From Kiritimatiellia bacterium (GTDB taxonomy: Bacteria > Verrucomicrobiota > Kiritimatiellia > RFP12 > UBA1067), in the NCBI GenBank assembly GCA_050949565.1, contig JBMNFY010000001.1, forward strand, positions 1-64,000: a stretch of DNA of 64,000 nucleotides. The letters are read 5' to 3'. Under the pieces are notes generated by a model. That model ran no database searches. It was not told the DNA's origin and saw nothing but the letters and a program-made list of their open reading frames with translations. Within the stretch, counting starts at the first letter, position 1; the number at the start of each line of letters is the position of its first letter. The translations under genes and the position numbers were made by a program. Shown in pieces: positions 29,393-39,602 of the stretch.

Positions 29393-30154
29393 ATGCGAGA
29401 TACGAACAACATGCAAGAGGCGGCAGGATGTGCCCCCATCACGGTGGATGCACTGACACCGGAAACCTTCGCCGCCATGATCGACCACACGTTTCTAAAG
29501 CCGTTCGGCAAACCTGCCGACATCGAGCGCCTGTGCGACGAGGCGAGGCGCTACGGTTTCGCGATGGTTGCCGTCAACCCGGCCGAGACGGCACGTTGCG
29601 TCGACCTGTTGCGCGGCTCGGGAGTGCGTACGGGCGCGGCGATCGGGTTCCCCTTGGGACAGAACACCAGCGAGACCAAAGCTTTTGAAATACGCGATGC
29701 AATCGCCAAGGGCGCGGGGGAAATCGACATGGTGATCAATCTCCGTGCGTTGCAAAGCGGCGACTATGAACTTGTGCAGGCCGAACTCGATGATCTTGCG
29801 GCTGTATGCCGTGCTTCGGGCGTGATCTCCAAGGTGATTCTGGAGACCTGCTACCTGAACGATGACGAGAAGCGGAGTGTCTGCCGCATGGCGTGCGCGG
29901 CGGGGGTGGACTTTGTCAAGACCTCGACCGGCTTCGGCACGGGCGGCGCGACGGTTGCGGATATCCTGCTGATGCGTGAGGCCGTGGGGCCGGCGATGGG
30001 TATCAAGGCCTCCGGTGGTGTGCGGACATTGAATGCCGCGCTGTCGATGATCCGTGCCGGAGCGACGCGCATCGGGACAAGTAGCGGCGTCGCGCTTGTG
30101 GAAGAGTTGCGAACAAGGCTGGCCGGAGAAGGTGCTGAAGCACTTTCTCTGTGA
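29393..30154 (+). CDS. deoC: Deoxyribose-phosphate aldolase
   Basis: IDHTFLKP, IGFPLG, EIDMVIN, KVILET, FVKTSTGF, IKASGG, RIGTS. Confidence 0.93.
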   Translation: MRDTNNMQEAAGCAPITVDALTPETFAAMIDHTFLKPFGKPADIERLCDEARRYGFAMVAVNPAETARCVDLLRGSGVRTGAAIGFPLGQNTSETKAFEIRDAIAKGAGEIDMVINLRALQSGDYELVQAELDDLAAVCRASGVISKVILETCYLNDDEKRSVCRMACAAGVDFVKTSTGFGTGGATVADILLMREAVGPAMGIKASGGVRTLNAALSMIRAGATRIGTSSGVALVEELRTRLAGEGAEALSL

Positions 30155-30240
30155 CAGTCGCCCAGCGGACAAAGAAGGTCCGGCTGTCCAGAAGCGGGCT
30201 TGTGTTGTGGCTGGAGTAACGGGTGCGCAAAATGATCGGG

Positions 30241-33200
30241 ATGTCGGGAAAACGGTGGTGGTTCGCAAGAATCGGTCGGGCAGGGGGCATGGCGTTCGCT
30301 GTGCTCGCCGCCGTCGGGATGGTTGCAGTTCAGACGGCGCGAGCGGAACCCGGCCCCTCCGCCGTCTTTCACGGACGCACCGATGCGCGCGTGCGCTTCA
30401 CGGGCGACTGGATGCCCGTGGTTGCGCCTGACAAGACGCTCGGACGATACGCCGAACGTAGCGATGCGAAGGGCGCGTCGGTGGAACTGGACTTCTGTGG
30501 CACGACGGTAGGTCTTGTTCATCAGGCTGGCGGCTTGGGGTGGGAGTGGGGCGTCATCTTGCCCGAGACCGGTCGCGCGTTGGGACTTGCGGAGGTGCGG
30601 ATCGATGGTGGGGCGCCCGTTGTGATCGACACCAGTCGCGGTGGTCGCACGCTGCTGGCCAAGGGGTTGCCCGCAGGCCGGCATCGCGTCACCGTGACCA
30701 ACCTGGGCGCTTCGCGTGATCCCGGCGGCAGCGGAACGATTGTGGTGAAAGGCTTTTGGGTCGATGCCGAAGAGATTCCCGACGACACCGTTCGGCGCGC
30801 GTGGCTCGTGGCGGATGCCGTTCGCGGGGGCGAAGGCTGGCGCGCGCGTGCGGCTGAATTGGCCGCGGCTGTGAAAACAGCGGACGACCTCAAGCGTCTG
30901 GAAGGTCTCGCCGCTGCGTCGCGCGAGATGGAGGCGGCGGCAGAAAAGCTGCGGCGGCTGACGGCTGAACCGCCGATGTCGCCCATGGTCGAACGTGAAC
31001 GCCGCTACTGGACGCCGAACCGCGACACCCAAGCCTATCTGGCGCGTCTGGCGGCGTTGCGCAAGGAGGCCGACGCGCCGCTGGCGAAGGCGGATGCCTT
31101 CCGGTATGACGAGGCGAACCGCGCGGCATTTACCGACGTGATGACGGAGCTGCAGCGCTGCGCCGAGCGGATCGACGCCTTCTTTCAGAAGGAGGTCCGC
31201 CAGTTGCCGCCCATCCTCTTCTTCACCGGCGCGCCTCTCAGGTCCGGCGCGGCACCCAACCACATCTGGCAGAGCCAGCCGCTGAACAACGCGTGGGGGT
31301 GCAGCATTCGCACGTGGGAGCCCGCGCATCCCGACCGGCCGGCCAAAGTCCTCTTCGAAGAAGCCAACTCGGCAATCTTCGACTTGAACCTTTCGTACGA
31401 CGCTCGGACGGTGTTCTTCTCCATGCGCCGCGACCGGGCGCAGTGCTGGCAGATCTACGAGATGAACGTAGACGGTACGGGGTTGCGTCAGATTACCTCC
31501 GGCCCGCATTACAACGTCTCGCCCGTGCCCCTGCCGGATGGGCGCTTGGCCTTCATCTCCAGCCGTACGCCGGGAACCCACACGGTCTGTCAGTCCGGCC
31601 CCTCAACCCATGTGTATGTGATGAACCGCGACGGGGCGGACGTGCGGAGACTCAGTGCCAACACGCTTTCGGATTTCGGTCTGGATATCATGGCGGATGG
31701 GCGCCTGCTTTTCACGCGTTGGGAGTATGTGGATGTCACCCTCACCTACAGGCAGAGCCTGTGGACTCAGCGGCCGGACGGGTGTCAGCTCCTGCTCTGG
31801 TTCGGCAACACCATTCTCGATCCGGCCACGTTTTGGCAGGCGCGGGAGATACCGGGGCGCTATGCGGCGGTCTGTACCTTCACCTCGCACCATCACACGC
31901 CCCACGGTGCGATCGGGCTGGTCTCCAATCGCAACGGACCGGAGGCGCCGCGCGGCACGGGCTTCCGCTGGATCACGCGGGAGTTTCCGGCGAACCTTGA
32001 TCTGGACACCTTCTGGGCCTACCGCGATCCGTACCCGGTTTACGAGAACCGTTATCTGATCTCCTATGGCGGCGGTGGCCCTCAGCGTTTCCGTATCTAT
32101 CTGCTCGATGATATGGATAACCAAGCCCCGATCTATGAAGACCCCGCCACGAGCTGCTTCGCCCCGCAGCCGTTGCGTCCCCGGCCGGTGCCGACGAGGC
32201 TGGAGACGACCTACGCCGCGAACCCCGCCGTTTTCCCGCTGCCGGCTGCGCCGCCCGGCCAGCCCACAGCGACGAACGTACCGCTCGGGCGGCTCATGCT
32301 CACGGATGTTTACCAAGGTATGGGGCCGGAAGTCGCGCGCGGGCAGGTGACTTCCATCCGCATCATGGAGCAGATGCCCAAGACTGTGGATCGGACGTGG
32401 AACTTCGTCATGGATCAAGGGCCGCTGATGAGCGCCTCGACCTACTACGCCAAACGCGTGTGGGGATATGCTCCGGTGGAGGCCGACGGCTCCGCGTACT
32501 TTGAGGCGCCGGCGCTGAAAGAACTCTACTTGCAGGCGTGCGACGCCGAAGGACGCGAAGTGCGGCGCATGACCTCGGTGCTGCAACTCATGCCCGGCGA
32601 AACGCTGAGCTGCGTCGGGTGCCACGAGAGCCGTCAGTCTGTCGCCGCGGCATCCAACACCGTGCCGCTGGCGACTCAGCGCGCCCCCACGCCGCTCACG
32701 CTGCCCGAGTGGGGCAATGCCGGCGTGCTGGATTACAACCGCGTGGTGCAGCCCGTGCTGGATCGCCACTGCGTGAAGTGCCACCAAGGGACCGACCCGC
32801 CCAAGGGCGTGTTGCTGACCGGCGATTTCACACGCTTTTTCAACATGTCCTACGACCATCTGGTGACCCGCACTCGTTCCGAAGAGGCTTCCCGCGCTCA
32901 CTACACCGGACGCGCCGCAGAGAAACCGATGGTGCAGAGCCTCCATTTGCTGTACGGCATCGTCAAGCCCTTCGCACCCTTCGGCAGCGGTTCCTTCGTC
33001 AGCCGCCTGCCGGAGTTTCTGCAGAAGGCGCACTGCCAGACCAATATTCCGGCTGCGGATCGCCGCCGGATTTATGAGTGGATCGACGCGATGATCCCTT
33101 ACTACCCCACCTCCGACTACGCCCGCATGGAAGCCAAGTCCAATCGCGACAAATGGGCGCATCCCGACCGTAAGGAACTGCTGCCCTGGTTCACGGAGCG

Positions 33201-33972
33201 CTTTGCGCCGGTCTACAACCGCCGCTGCGCCGCCTGCCACGGCGAAGCGAAAGGCGATCTGGGGCTTGCGAACCCGCAACAGTGGTCATGGCTCAATCTG
33301 ACCCGGCCCGCATGGAGTCCGGCACTCAACGCGCATCTCGCCAAGAGCGCGGGCGGACGCGGCATCTCCGCAAAGGATTTCATGTTTCGCGATTCGAACG
33401 ATCCCGACTATCAGGCAATGCTCGCCGCGATCACAGAGGGCGGTAAAAAGGCCTACGAAGTTCCCGAAGCGGACATGCCCGGTTTCATCAACCGCTCACA
33501 ACACCGCGCCTTCGTCTACCGGCCGGTCGCCGTAAAGCTGGACACCCTTGCCGGGCGCGGACGGAAAACCGCCTCGCATTGCTGCGGCAGCGACAGTGTG
33601 GAAGCGATGACCGACGGTATTGTTCCGGCGAAGTCCTGCGACAATCTCCCCCGTTTTTCATGGTATCCCCGCAAGGGCAGTGTCGAGTGGGTACAGGTCG
33701 ATTTCCCGGCTCCCGCGCCCGTGTCCAAGGTAAGCGTGTTCTGGTTTTCCGATCGTCCCACAGGCGGCGGGTGCGACACGCCGCAATCCTGGCGACTGCT
33801 TTACCGTCACGATAACGAGTGGCGTCCGGTTGAGCAGCCTTCCGGTTTCGATGTGGCGTCCGACCGTTTCAATGACGGCATCTTCACGCGCGTCACCACC
33901 ACCGCCCTCCGCATCGAAGCCCAGCTTAAAAAAGACTGGTCCGGCGGCATCAGCGAATGGCGCGTGGAATAA
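30241..33972 (+). CDS. Secreted HZS-alpha-like beta-propeller protein with three CxxCH motifs and C-terminal discoidin (F5/8) domain
   Basis: LSYDA..VFFS, DGRLAFISSR, RWEYVD, VEADGSAYF.APA...Y.Q..D, GE..SCVGCHE, CVKCH, CAACH, EWVQVDF...TTALR. Confidence 0.8.
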   Translation: MSGKRWWFARIGRAGGMAFAVLAAVGMVAVQTARAEPGPSAVFHGRTDARVRFTGDWMPVVAPDKTLGRYAERSDAKGASVELDFCGTTVGLVHQAGGLGWEWGVILPETGRALGLAEVRIDGGAPVVIDTSRGGRTLLAKGLPAGRHRVTVTNLGASRDPGGSGTIVVKGFWVDAEEIPDDTVRRAWLVADAVRGGEGWRARAAELAAAVKTADDLKRLEGLAAASREMEAAAEKLRRLTAEPPMSPMVERERRYWTPNRDTQAYLARLAALRKEADAPLAKADAFRYDEANRAAFTDVMTELQRCAERIDAFFQKEVRQLPPILFFTGAPLRSGAAPNHIWQSQPLNNAWGCSIRTWEPAHPDRPAKVLFEEANSAIFDLNLSYDARTVFFSMRRDRAQCWQIYEMNVDGTGLRQITSGPHYNVSPVPLPDGRLAFISSRTPGTHTVCQSGPSTHVYVMNRDGADVRRLSANTLSDFGLDIMADGRLLFTRWEYVDVTLTYRQSLWTQRPDGCQLLLWFGNTILDPATFWQAREIPGRYAAVCTFTSHHHTPHGAIGLVSNRNGPEAPRGTGFRWITREFPANLDLDTFWAYRDPYPVYENRYLISYGGGGPQRFRIYLLDDMDNQAPIYEDPATSCFAPQPLRPRPVPTRLETTYAANPAVFPLPAAPPGQPTATNVPLGRLMLTDVYQGMGPEVARGQVTSIRIMEQMPKTVDRTWNFVMDQGPLMSASTYYAKRVWGYAPVEADGSAYFEAPALKELYLQACDAEGREVRRMTSVLQLMPGETLSCVGCHESRQSVAAASNTVPLATQRAPTPLTLPEWGNAGVLDYNRVVQPVLDRHCVKCHQGTDPPKGVLLTGDFTRFFNMSYDHLVTRTRSEEASRAHYTGRAAEKPMVQSLHLLYGIVKPFAPFGSGSFVSRLPEFLQKAHCQTNIPAADRRRIYEWIDAMIPYYPTSDYARMEAKSNRDKWAHPDRKELLPWFTERFAPVYNRRCAACHGEAKGDLGLANPQQWSWLNLTRPAWSPALNAHLAKSAGGRGISAKDFMFRDSNDPDYQAMLAAITEGGKKAYEVPEADMPGFINRSQHRAFVYRPVAVKLDTLAGRGRKTASHCCGSDSVEAMTDGIVPAKSCDNLPRFSWYPRKGSVEWVQVDFPAPAPVSKVSVFWFSDRPTGGGCDTPQSWRLLYRHDNEWRPVEQPSGFDVASDRFNDGIFTRVTTTALRIEAQLKKDWSGGISEWRVE

Positions 33973-35105
33973 GCGCGCTTGGGGTTCTGGTCGCAAGTTT
34001 CATTCTTTAACGCAGAGGCGCAGAGACGCAGAGGTTTTTTTGAGGGCAGGGCTGGCCGCAAGTCGCGGGTCACGAGTCAACCTCTCTTGTTGCGACCACG
34101 CAGTGGTTCGCAACCGTGAGAGTAAAAACGGCGCCGTGCCTTTTCGAGTGTTTGTTTTCGTGGTCGCAACATTCGATCCCGATAGCGATCCCGATTTGGA
34201 TGAAACCGTGAAACCTTGAAACCAAAGAGAGTTGAAGGCTCAACTGCTTTTTTTTAGGATCAAGGGTTGTGAAACGTTTTCGCAGTGTGGTAATGTGTTG
34301 CCGTGGCAAGGCAACCGAGGCAGCAACGGAAGGATGGCGGTTCGGCTGAAAACCAACGGGCCTTGTATCGGACGACGGCGCGCGTATTGAGGTTGCTGGG
34401 AAAACGAAATGTCTAATGTCAAACTACGACCCCGATAACACGCCGCAATCCTGGCGACTGCTTTACCGTCACGATAACGAGTGGCGTCCGGTTGAGCAGC
34501 CTTCCGGTTTCGATGTGGCGTCCGACCGTTTCAATGACGGCATCTTCACGCGCGTCACCACCACCGCCCTCCGCATCGAAGCCCAGCTTAAAAAAGACTG
34601 GTCCGGCGGCATCAGCGAATGGCGCGTGGAATAAGCGCGCTTGGGGTTCTGGTCGCAAGTTTCATTCTTTAACGCAGAGGCGCAGAGACGCAGAGGTTTT
34701 TTTGAGGGCAGGGCTGGCCGCAAGTCGCGGGTCACGAGTCAACCTCTCTTGTTGCGACCACGCAGTGGTTCGCAACCGTGAGAGTAAAAACGGCGCCGTG
34801 CCTTTTCGAGTGTTTGTTTTCGTGGTCGCAACATTCGATCCCGATAGCGATCCCGATTTGGATGAAACCGTGAAACCTTGAAACCAAAGAGAGTTGAAGG
34901 CTCAACTGCTTTTTTTTAGGATCAAGGGTTGTGAAACGTTTTCGCAGTGTGGTAATGTGTTGCCGTGGCAAGGCAACCGAGGCAGCAACGGAAGGATGGC
35001 GGTTCGGCTGAAAACCAACGGGCCTTGTATCGGACGACGGCGCGCGTATTGAGGTTGCTGGGAAAACGAAATGTCTAATGTCAAACTACGACCCCGATAA
35101 CACGC
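33776..35105 (+). repeat. Exact 662-bp tandem duplication
   Basis: 33776-34437 is repeated from 34438; ORF pairs are offset by 662 (33830/34492, 34070/34732); ACACGC junction microhomology. Confidence 0.92.
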
Positions 35106-35167
35106 GCGTATTGAGGTTGCTGGGAAAACGAAATGTCTAATGTCAAACTACGACCCCGATAACACGC
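35041..35167 (+). repeat. Exact 62-bp tandem duplication
   Basis: CGCGCGTATTGAGGTTGCTGGG...CGACCCCGATAACA at 35041 and 35103. Confidence 0.9.
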
Positions 35168-35419
35168 AAGAAAACCAAGAAATGATGATAACTGGGGCAA
35201 CCATCATGTCCTTCTGTATCTCATTAGTTTAGCATCAATCGCTTTTTTAGTTACGCATTTTGTCCGCGATATGCGCGCTTTCTTTTCTGGTCGGGATGTC
35301 AATTTCTACGACTATTTTAGTGCTTTCTGTATAGGGTCTTCAATAATGTGCGGACGACTCCTGCGGTTGCGTCGAAACCGCTTTAAGGATCAACGCAAGG
35401 CAACTGAGACCTATGAAAT

Positions 35420-35764
35420 TTAAGGGTTGGTCCGCCCGTTATCAGTGCTTCCCTTGTTTGGTTCCAGCAATCCCAGATAGTCTCTTCTCGCGTACAGAAT
35501 ACGGATAACAACGATCTCCTTCCCCTCCATGCGATAGAAAACGAGATAGTTCTTGCACTGGATGAAGCGGTAGCCCTTCAGCACAGGGATGTCGGTTCGC
35601 AAGCGTGCACCCGTCTGTGGCATGGAGGCGAGTGTGCCAAGCTTCTCAAAGACAAGCGCGACAAGATCTGTTGCGGCTTGCGGATTGAACAGGTCTTCGG
35701 AAATGTACCGCTTAATCTCCTTCAAATCCGAAATCGCCTGTGGAGAGAACCGAACGTCGGACAT
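35420..35764 (-). CDS. RelE/ParE family type II toxin
   Basis: VRFSPQAISDLKEIKRYI...P..GA...GYR...NYLVFYR...VVIRILYARRDY. Confidence 0.9.
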   Translation of the reverse strand: MSDVRFSPQAISDLKEIKRYISEDLFNPQAATDLVALVFEKLGTLASMPQTGARLRTDIPVLKGYRFIQCKNYLVFYRMEGKEIVVIRILYARRDYLGLLEPNKGSTDNGRTNP

Positions 35765-35766
35765 GG

Positions 35767-36012
35767 CTAGCCCTCAAGTTCCTCCATTGCGGAATCCATC
35801 GAAACCCATCCATGTTTCCGAGCGGATTCCTCGCCTTCCGCCAGAGCCGACATGAGTTCCAGTTCGGCACGCAACCGTTCGTATGCACGAATATCAACGA
35901 TCGCAAAACGCCCGTGCCCGTTCTTTGTTAAGAAAACCGGTTTATCCGCCGTCACTTCACGTAAAACGTTGTTGTAATTTCTGAGTTCGGAAACTGGCTT
36001 TATGGTCGGCAT
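35767..36012 (-). CDS. Phd/YefM family antitoxin
   Basis: MPTIKPVSELRNYNNVL...PVFLTKNG.G; RBS GAGGAGGGG; directly upstream of the toxin. Confidence 0.9.
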   Translation of the reverse strand: MPTIKPVSELRNYNNVLREVTADKPVFLTKNGHGRFAIVDIRAYERLRAELELMSALAEGEESARKHGWVSMDSAMEELEG

Positions 36013-36409
36013 GACACCCCTCCTCTCTTCTTGAAACAGACTGTAGCATAATTCTTCGAGGAATACAACGGCGGAGTATCGTCCGGCGTGTTTTGACATG
36101 AGGCAATCAAGGGTTGTGAAAATTTTGGCGGTGACAAGAGTCGCGCTGTGCGCGGGTCGCGGCACCGCTTTTGCATGCCGCCTTGCCGCCGCAGCCATGC
36201 TCAAAAAGCGGCGTCGCGCGGAATACCGCTTGCCGCCGTCTCCAGATCTGTTTGCCAGGCTTGTGAGTGAAGCATTTCAACCCCCCGTGGCATGGGCGTC
36301 CCGCCCATGAAACACGGGCAAGATGCCCGTGCCACACCCTTTGTGACGGGCAACGCGGCTCATGTTAGGAACAGAAGAAACCGTTCAACAATTTGTTAGG
36401 TGGCAAAAG

Positions 36410-37027
36410 ATGAAAACGGAATTTCACACATTTTTGATCGCGATGTTGTTACTTACATGTGGCTGCTTCGAGCAGGCAGAAGTCACAACTGGACAAACTG
36501 ACAGCGACCGCATTGCTGATATCAACCATGTCGCGTCAATTATGGAGGAATATAAAGGGCTGTATGGCAAGTATCCCCTTTATGAGGCATGGGAAAATGG
36601 TCGGTATCAGCCCACCGTCTATATCCGCATAACCGATCACGCTCTTTCAGATGATGAACGATTTATGCCCGGAGTAACTTGTACGAGTCTGACGAAAGCG
36701 TTCTTTGAGGACTATTTGTCAAAGCATTTACACCGAACGATCAAATTGCCCGTTGATGAAAGGCCCTTGAATGTGTCAGAAGGATATCAATTTGTTTTTG
36801 ACGGGAAAGATTATTTCATCTCATGCACCCTCGAAAAGGCTACCGACAGAACTCGCCGACTTGCGCATGGCGTTCACAAATATCAACTGTCATCCACGTC
36901 GATTCCTGATCGGAAAATATTCAAAATCAAAAAGAAAACTAACCAAGCATTGTGCTCGCGAGGATACTCACCCCCCAAAAAACCTCTGCGTCTCCGCGCA
37001 CATCCCCGTCACTTGCCTACAACTTGA
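36410..37027 (+). CDS. Low-GC hypothetical lipoprotein, probable integron gene cassette remnant
   Basis: Lipobox-like LTCGC; visibly AT-rich; GTTAGGT 9 nt before the ATG and AACTAAC-CAAGC near the 3' end. Confidence 0.55.
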   Translation: MKTEFHTFLIAMLLLTCGCFEQAEVTTGQTDSDRIADINHVASIMEEYKGLYGKYPLYEAWENGRYQPTVYIRITDHALSDDERFMPGVTCTSLTKAFFEDYLSKHLHRTIKLPVDERPLNVSEGYQFVFDGKDYFISCTLEKATDRTRRLAHGVHKYQLSSTSIPDRKIFKIKKKTNQALCSRGYSPPKKPLRLRAHPRHLPTT

Positions 37028-37790
37028 GCGTTAAACCTAAAAAGAGCAGTTGAACCTTCAACTCTCTTTGGTTTCTGGTTTCATGGTTTCATGGTTTCAT
37101 GGTTTCATCCAAATCGGGATCGGGATCGCTATCGGGATCGATTGTTTAACCACGGAACACACCGAACACACGGAAAGGCATGGCTCTGTTTCCGTGTATT
37201 TAGTGTGTTCCGTGGTTCCAATCAGAAATTGCGTTCTGCACCAAATAGGTGCGGCGCGAATCTCAACGAAAGCCAATGTTTACGGGGCTTTGCTCAAAAT
37301 CTGCATGCTCAACTGCTCTTTTTAAAAGTTGGGCGTTGAGCGTTAAACGCTCGGATTTTTTATCCACAGATGGACGCAGATTTTTTGGGGGACAGGGATT
37401 TCCAAATCGCTATCGGGATCGCTATCGAATCAAAATCGAAATCGCCCGTCGCAAGTCGCGGGTCGCGAGTCAACTCTTATTGCGACCACACAGTGGGCGC
37501 AATGATGAGTGTAAAAGCATTGCTCTGTTGTTTCACGCGAAGGTTGGAGGGCGAGTGTCCCCACGAGCCGCCTTCCGCTGTGCGGAAGGATGGGAGGGAC
37601 GAGCGTCGCTCGTCTGCGGGCAAGCAGACGCTTGTCCCTCCCGGCGCTTCGCAAGCCCGATGGCAAGAGCTGGAGGGCGGCATCGGGGTGGCGCACAAAG
37701 ACGGAAAACTTTGTGGCCTTCGTGGCCTTTGTGTGAGATTTAATTGGCCCGCATTACCTCTTACCTCTTACCCATTACCTATTACTTGAT
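36965..37790. repeat. Large mosaic repeat cluster
   Basis: CATGGTTT x3, ATCGGG hexamers, ACCACGGAACACAC hairpin, GTCGCAAGTCGCGGGTC, GGGCGAGTGTCCCCACGAGCC, GGGCAAGCAGACGCTTGTCCC, TTACCTC 7-mers. Confidence 0.85.
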
Positions 37791-38694
37791 TCAGATAGGC
37801 ATTCTCAAGGTTGTCGCCGCGTGTGATGGTGGAGACATCGCATTGGGCGAGTAGCGCGGGGAGCAGGATGCGGTTGATGGCCTCGGCGGTGAAACGGCGC
37901 GAGTCGTAACGGCAGGTTAGATCGGAAGTCTCCGCATTGAACGAGAAGGTGGCATCCGACACGGCGGCGGTAAGCGCGGCGTAGTCGGCGGGTTCGCGTG
38001 TGACGCGGTAGACGAGTGTACTGTTCTTGCCGACCACTTCCTCCAGCGTGGTGTTGCGTACGGTGCGTCCCTTTTCGATAAATGCCACGCGGTCACACAT
38101 GGCTTCGATGTCGTTCAGGTTGTGCGAACTGATCACAAGCGTCTGACGTCCGCGTCGGCGCGTGAGGAAGGTGCGCATGTGGGCGGCTTCGCGCGGGTCG
38201 AGTCCGCTGAGCGGTTCGTCGAGCAGCACGAGTTCTGGGGAACCGATGAAGCACTGGGCGATCATGACCCGTTTGCGCATACCGTGCGAGAGCGATCGCA
38301 CGGTGGCGGTCAGGCGGTCTCCCAGATGCACCTCGCGCAGCATCTCGGTCGCGGCACGTTTGGCTTCGCGGCGTGTGAGCCGCTGCAACAGGCCATAGTG
38401 CGTGAGCAGATCGATCGGCCGACTCTCCAGAGGCAGTTCGGAATCTTGCGGTAACAGCGTGATGCGCCCGCTGTGAAGAGCGGGATCGAAGGGGCCGCAG
38501 CCCAGCAGATTGATGGTGCCACTGTGCAGGTGAAGCAGCCCGGCGATGGACATCATCCATGTCGTTTTGCCTGCGCCGTTGGGGCCGATCAATCCCAGCA
38601 CGGCGTAACGTGGCACGGCAAGGGTCAGGCCGTCCAGTGCGCGGCGCGCGCCATACCGTTTGACCAATTCGGTTGATTCAATCGCGTAGTCCAT
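37768..38694 (-). CDS. ABC transporter ATP-binding protein
   Basis: Start MDYAIEST; GPNGAGKT, LSHGMRKR, LLDEP, SSH. Confidence 0.92.
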   Translation of the reverse strand: MDYAIESTELVKRYGARRALDGLTLAVPRYAVLGLIGPNGAGKTTWMMSIAGLLHLHSGTINLLGCGPFDPALHSGRITLLPQDSELPLESRPIDLLTHYGLLQRLTRREAKRAATEMLREVHLGDRLTATVRSLSHGMRKRVMIAQCFIGSPELVLLDEPLSGLDPREAAHMRTFLTRRRGRQTLVISSHNLNDIEAMCDRVAFIEKGRTVRNTTLEEVVGKNSTLVYRVTREPADYAALTAAVSDATFSFNAETSDLTCRYDSRRFTAEAINRILLPALLAQCDVSTITRGDNLENAYLNQVIGNG

Positions 38695-38696
38695 GA

Positions 38697-39602
38697 TTAA
38701 ACGTCGCGGGTGCGGAAAAAGGCATAGCCGGTGAACAGATAACAGAATCCAAGGGTGATGAGGGTGGCCGAGCCCGCAATCAACGGGGCGGGAGCGTTCC
38801 GCCACAGCAACATCTTGTGTGCGTCGGGCAGCAGTTGGCCGAGGTGCGGCAGGTAGGCACGCCAGCCGGTGTCGGTGGTGAAGTGGCGGATCAGGATGGA
38901 GAGGACGAAACAGGCCGTGATGGCGAGAATGCCCATCACCGTCGCCTTGCTGGATGAGCGCGTAAGGTGCGACAATCCCATAGCCAAGCCTAAGTAGGGG
39001 ATGGAGTAAACCCACGCGCGCAACGACCACTGAACCATGTTGAAGAAGAGGTCGGGCGTGCCGGAACCGGCCAATCGGATCTTGGCGACGATATAGGCAC
39101 TGGTTCCACTTAGGAGAAGTGCCAGGCCGATCATGAACATTTGTCCGATGAATTTGCCGATCGACCAACTGGCGCGCGACGTGCGGAAAAACACGTAGCG
39201 CACCGAGCCTGACCCGATCTCCTCTGCGATACGGTTGCTGGCGACCAGCACAACCAACAATGGCGTGTAAAAAAAGGCGAACCAAGCGTAGATTAACTCT
39301 ATCGGATGTTTGCCGGTGATGTCGCGCAGAACCAGATCGTTCCGCGTCATCTGTTTCATCATGCGCTGGAACGGTTTGGATTTCCAGAGGGCGGTTGACA
39401 CCACGCCAGCCTGTTCCGAGGCCGGAAGCTTCAAGGCTGTGGCAAGTTCGGATTCCAGCCTGTGCAGCAGATTGATCGACCAGTGCATGTTGCAGACGGC
39501 GGCCGCCAGATAGAGCAGCAAGACCACCAAGGCGCGTCGGCTGCGCAGGGCGTCGAACCACTCGTAACAAGCAATATGCCACGTTTGGACCAGCGTACTC
39601 AA
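38697..39602 (-). CDS. ABC-2 type permease
   Basis: Multiple TM helices; IAEEIGSGSVRY...SR....GK motif. Confidence 0.85.
   Translation of the reverse strand: MSTLVQTWHIACYEWFDALRSRRALVVLLLYLAAAVCNMHWSINLLHRLESELATALKLPASEQAGVVSTALWKSKPFQRMMKQMTRNDLVLRDITGKHPIELIYAWFAFFYTPLLVVLVASNRIAEEIGSGSVRYVFFRTSRASWSIGKFIGQMFMIGLALLLSGTSAYIVAKIRLAGSGTPDLFFNMVQWSLRAWVYSIPYLGLAMGLSHLTRSSSKATVMGILAITACFVLSILIRHFTTDTGWRAYLPHLGQLLPDAHKMLLWRNAPAPLIAGSATLITLGFCYLFTGYAFFRTRDV

Noticed and set aside
30241-33972. Anammox hydrazine synthase
   Set aside because: No hzsB/C, hdh or other anammox genes are present; the extra carbohydrate-binding-type domains fit the widespread non-anammox homologues.
38695-39582. N-terminal 300-aa extension of the ABC ATPase ORF
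   Set aside because: It overlaps the permease in another frame; the real start is MDYAIEST at 38694.
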